From Raillietiella orientalis (lineage: Eukaryota): 64,000 bases of DNA. Shown piece after piece: positions 60,971 to 64,000 of the stretch. Below the pieces are notes generated by a model. It made no database searches. It worked only from the letters and a program-made list of their open reading frames with translations, and was not told the DNA's origin. The first letter of the stretch is position 1; each line of letters starts with the position of its first letter. The stretch covers positions 1,364,001 to 1,428,000 of the forward strand of contig JAYWIR010000019.1 of NCBI GenBank assembly GCA_036172245.1, given 5' to 3'. The translations under genes and the position numbers were made by a program.

Positions 60971-63900
60971 ACGCTGCGCCCGATCGCAAAGAGGCGGCAG
61001 CCGCAGGCATCACCGGCGGCAGGCGGAGGTCTGGGGCGTTCCGTCGTGCCCGTGGGAGATAGACCCAGCAGCAGCAGCACCACAAGCACTCGGATGCTGG
61101 TAAGGCAGACATCCGGATCGAGGAAAACGAAGCGGACGTTTTGGAAGTACCCGGTGTCGGCGTGCGCGCCAGCAAGAAAGTCGCTCCGAGCGACGCGCAG
61201 TCCAGAGCAGGACAGCGTGGACGTCACCCGTTGCGAAGCACCCGGACCGAAGGAGGACCGCGTCCGGCACCAGGGCATTCCGACCGATGCGACGGCGAGA
61301 GCCTCCGCTTCGCAGCTTGAGGATCGATCCGCGCGACGCGACCCGAGCTTCCGCCGGGGTGGGCGTCGCCTTCCCAGACACGTCGCTGGCCACCCTTGCG
61401 GAAGAATCGCAAAGCACCACTTACCCTCAGCGACCGGAGGGCGGTCGACAAAAGCGGGTGACTTCGATCGAGAAGGGGATGCGTGGCCGTCAGCACCAGA
61501 CCGGACCATTCCGGGAGCAGACCGGAAGCGGCCGCCGCATCTCCAGTCCCGGGACGAAGGGACGATGGTGACGATGGTCTCTTGACCTTACGAGGGAGCA
61601 CCTACGGCCCTGGGAAAGGAAAGCCAGAGAAGGGATCGGAGCTCTTTTCCTCCGAAGAGCAATGGTAGTGGGACCTTCGTGATCTCGAGACTCGGGAAAC
61701 GATGAAGTGTTGAGGCAGCCGAAAATTCCCAAGCAGGCAGAGTGCACCAGGAAAGAAATGGTTTGCTCTTGCGCACAGTGTTTTCGAGGGGGGTACATCG
61801 GGCGGATCCCTGCTCTGATGGAGTGAATTTCTCAGCCAGCCTAATTTGCAGACATGGGCGATGGAGACGGTGGTACCTCCCTCATCATTTGATTGCGTCC
61901 CCGATTAGTGTGCATAAAGGATTTTTGAGTGAGTCTTTCAGCAAGTCTCAGCGTACAAAAAACGCATTGAAAGAGAAGGCGCGACCTTGATTTTGGGGTT
62001 ATGAATCCAGGAACAGTGCAGCTCGCTTCTTCCCCGGATAGACGTCTTCTGGGTCGCCACGCGCTTCCTTCACGTGACCCACCTCGAAACAGGTTCCGGT
62101 CGTTTGGACCGGTGGTGCAGGCAGCTTCTAGAGAAGTCGAAGGTGGATTTCGGCGATAGAACTGGAATAGCGGAGGCGTTTTCGGACCGTTCCAAGTTCG
62201 AGATCTTTCCCTTCTAGCACTAATCGTTCCCATGGGGAACTCCGTGCTTCCTTTGAAGTGCAAGGCAAGCATCGCCTCCTGGAGTGGGCCGTCGAGCCAG
62301 GAAGGTCGTTCCGGAAGCAGTCGTTTCACGCGCACTCGCCTCTCTTCCCCCCTCATGTTTTGACCGGAAGAAGCGCGGATGAAAACGGGAAGTCCTCAGA
62401 AGGCATCTCCTCTCTCCTCCCTTTCTCATTCGAAACTCTGAGCAGGATCCCCTCGGCCCTTCTTGGAGAATGCCGGAGGGTGTGTGACTCCGGGAGCGCG
62501 CCTGAAAAGGCGATTTACGAGAAAGTTATATCGCGAAGAATCGGATGACAGACAGTCAAGATCGAAGGAGCATAGGTCGGGAAAGCATGAAGAGGCCAGG
62601 AATAATGGCGAGTCAGGAGTGAGGAGGTTCTCGTCTTACGTGAAGCAGCAGCTCCGCTAATGAACGTCGCGCAATTATGGAAGAGATCCGCCCTAACGAG
62701 GCAGACCCCAACACGAGGGGCGGGGGGGGGGGAGGAGAAAAGGAAGAAAAAAAAACAAAAAAAGAGTTTCTGAGCTTTCGTATCAAAGAGATGAGCTGCA
62801 TGCGATGAGCCTTCGGGAACACTCCTTGAAATCCACTCCGCCGAACCAACTCGGTGCTTTCGGACGAGGGGGATCCGTGCTCGTTAATCAGGAGACGGAG
62901 GGGACTGGCATCATCAAGGGGTAGCATGTATTCCGTTTTATGAAAGTCTCGGGAGAAACCAGAGATTTCAAAGATATTTCATCAGCTTCTGGCCGTGCTT
63001 CTGACTGCGAATCTCCCGGGACACCGGGCGGGAAGAGCGCGCACGCGAGCGGCTCCCTCGAGTTGTCCTCCCGCTTCCCTGGAAGGAACGCGGACCCCAC
63101 TTTCCACGGCAGCGGGAGAAGGAATCTTAGATCTCTCTCCGGTTGCACCCCGCTCCAGGAGAAAATCCAGGAGAGGAACTCGTTTCGAAGAGGGATGGCG
63201 TCAGCCGCCCAGGGGCACCGGGAGCCGCTCCGAGCAGCTCCGAAGCGGGGACGCGCCCGCTGCACTACGAGCCGGGACCTCTTCAAAAGTGATGACAGCG
63301 GTACACTCTTGTCCACAACTCAGGGTAGCCTCCAGCTCTTGGGGAAGGGCCGAGATGCCCTGCAAGGCGTCTCCCAGGGTGAGGATTGGGCGAGAGCGGG
63401 TTGCCCCGTGTTGAGCCCCTGGTGGGTGTGTGGCCTGTCTGCCGCCGAGAACGCCGTGTGCAAAACTCGTGAGAGTGCGGGGACACTTCCGCGTCCGTCC
63501 CTCCTGTGTAGCTGAAGCACATTCGTTCTGTCTGATTCTTCCCTGTTTCGAGAGTCACTTTCGGCTTCGCCAACGAGGACAAAGGATGGGTCGAGGATGC
63601 TGGTCAGTTTTTTCTGGGTTTCGGCGAGCCCGAGAAAGACACTCGTACTCGAGGAGAATCTAAGGAATGTAATCGAAACATCCGGGTTTTCGGCCGGTGT
63701 TCCCGGAACCGGAAGAATGTGGGATACCGACTTTCGCGGGGTCGAACATCCTTCGATTCCAAGTCCAGGATGGGAGTTACAGCACACACCCGACTTGACC
63801 AGAGTTGTGGCGAGGGGAACGCCCTCTGACGGAGGCCTGAGATGTTCCGGGAGTCCAGTTCCGGCCTCGTGATGGTAAACAGCAAACCAGCGATTTGCTG

Positions 63901-64000
63901 AAGGCTCTCCGCATTCCCTGAGAGGTCGTCACGCATTCCCCCTCCCCCTCCGCCCAAACGGGTCTCGCACGAGCTACGAACCACGACCTCTGGCTCGCGG

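Noticed and set aside
39090..64000. Numerous 100-300 aa ORFs in the GC-rich right half
   Set aside because: They overlap in all frames, are Arg/Pro/Ser/Gly-biased and show no domains; expected from GC content and decayed repeats.
1..64000. CRISPR array, phage or bacterial defence system
   Set aside because: No repeat-spacer array and no operon structure; spliceosomal introns and a metazoan GPCR show this is animal DNA.

Overview
Eukaryotic, very probably invertebrate (arthropod-like) genomic DNA. I found no prokaryotic operons, CRISPR arrays or rRNA. Two host genes are well supported. One is a 10-exon DNA polymerase delta subunit 2 gene (POLD2, minus strand, 21721-23648, 449 aa as spliced by hand) with six 40-46 nt introns, in an AT-rich, CpG-poor island. 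The other is an intronless allatostatin-A/galanin-type GPCR (minus strand, 35128-36234). Most of the rest is GC-rich, repeat-derived DNA: a near-perfect 1.55 kb inverted duplication (3259-4813 / 6248-7802), five copies of a tRNA-headed SINE-like family, a pogo/Tigger-type MITE, several decayed non-LTR retrotransposon 3' ends, a hAT transposase relic and short perfect hairpins. Most ORFs in the supplied track look spurious. I see no convincing new multi-gene system. The best leads are the micro-introns and stop-containing tandem acceptor of POLD2, the SINE-anchored inverted duplication and the divergent intronless receptor. All homology calls come from motif recognition by eye, not database searches.
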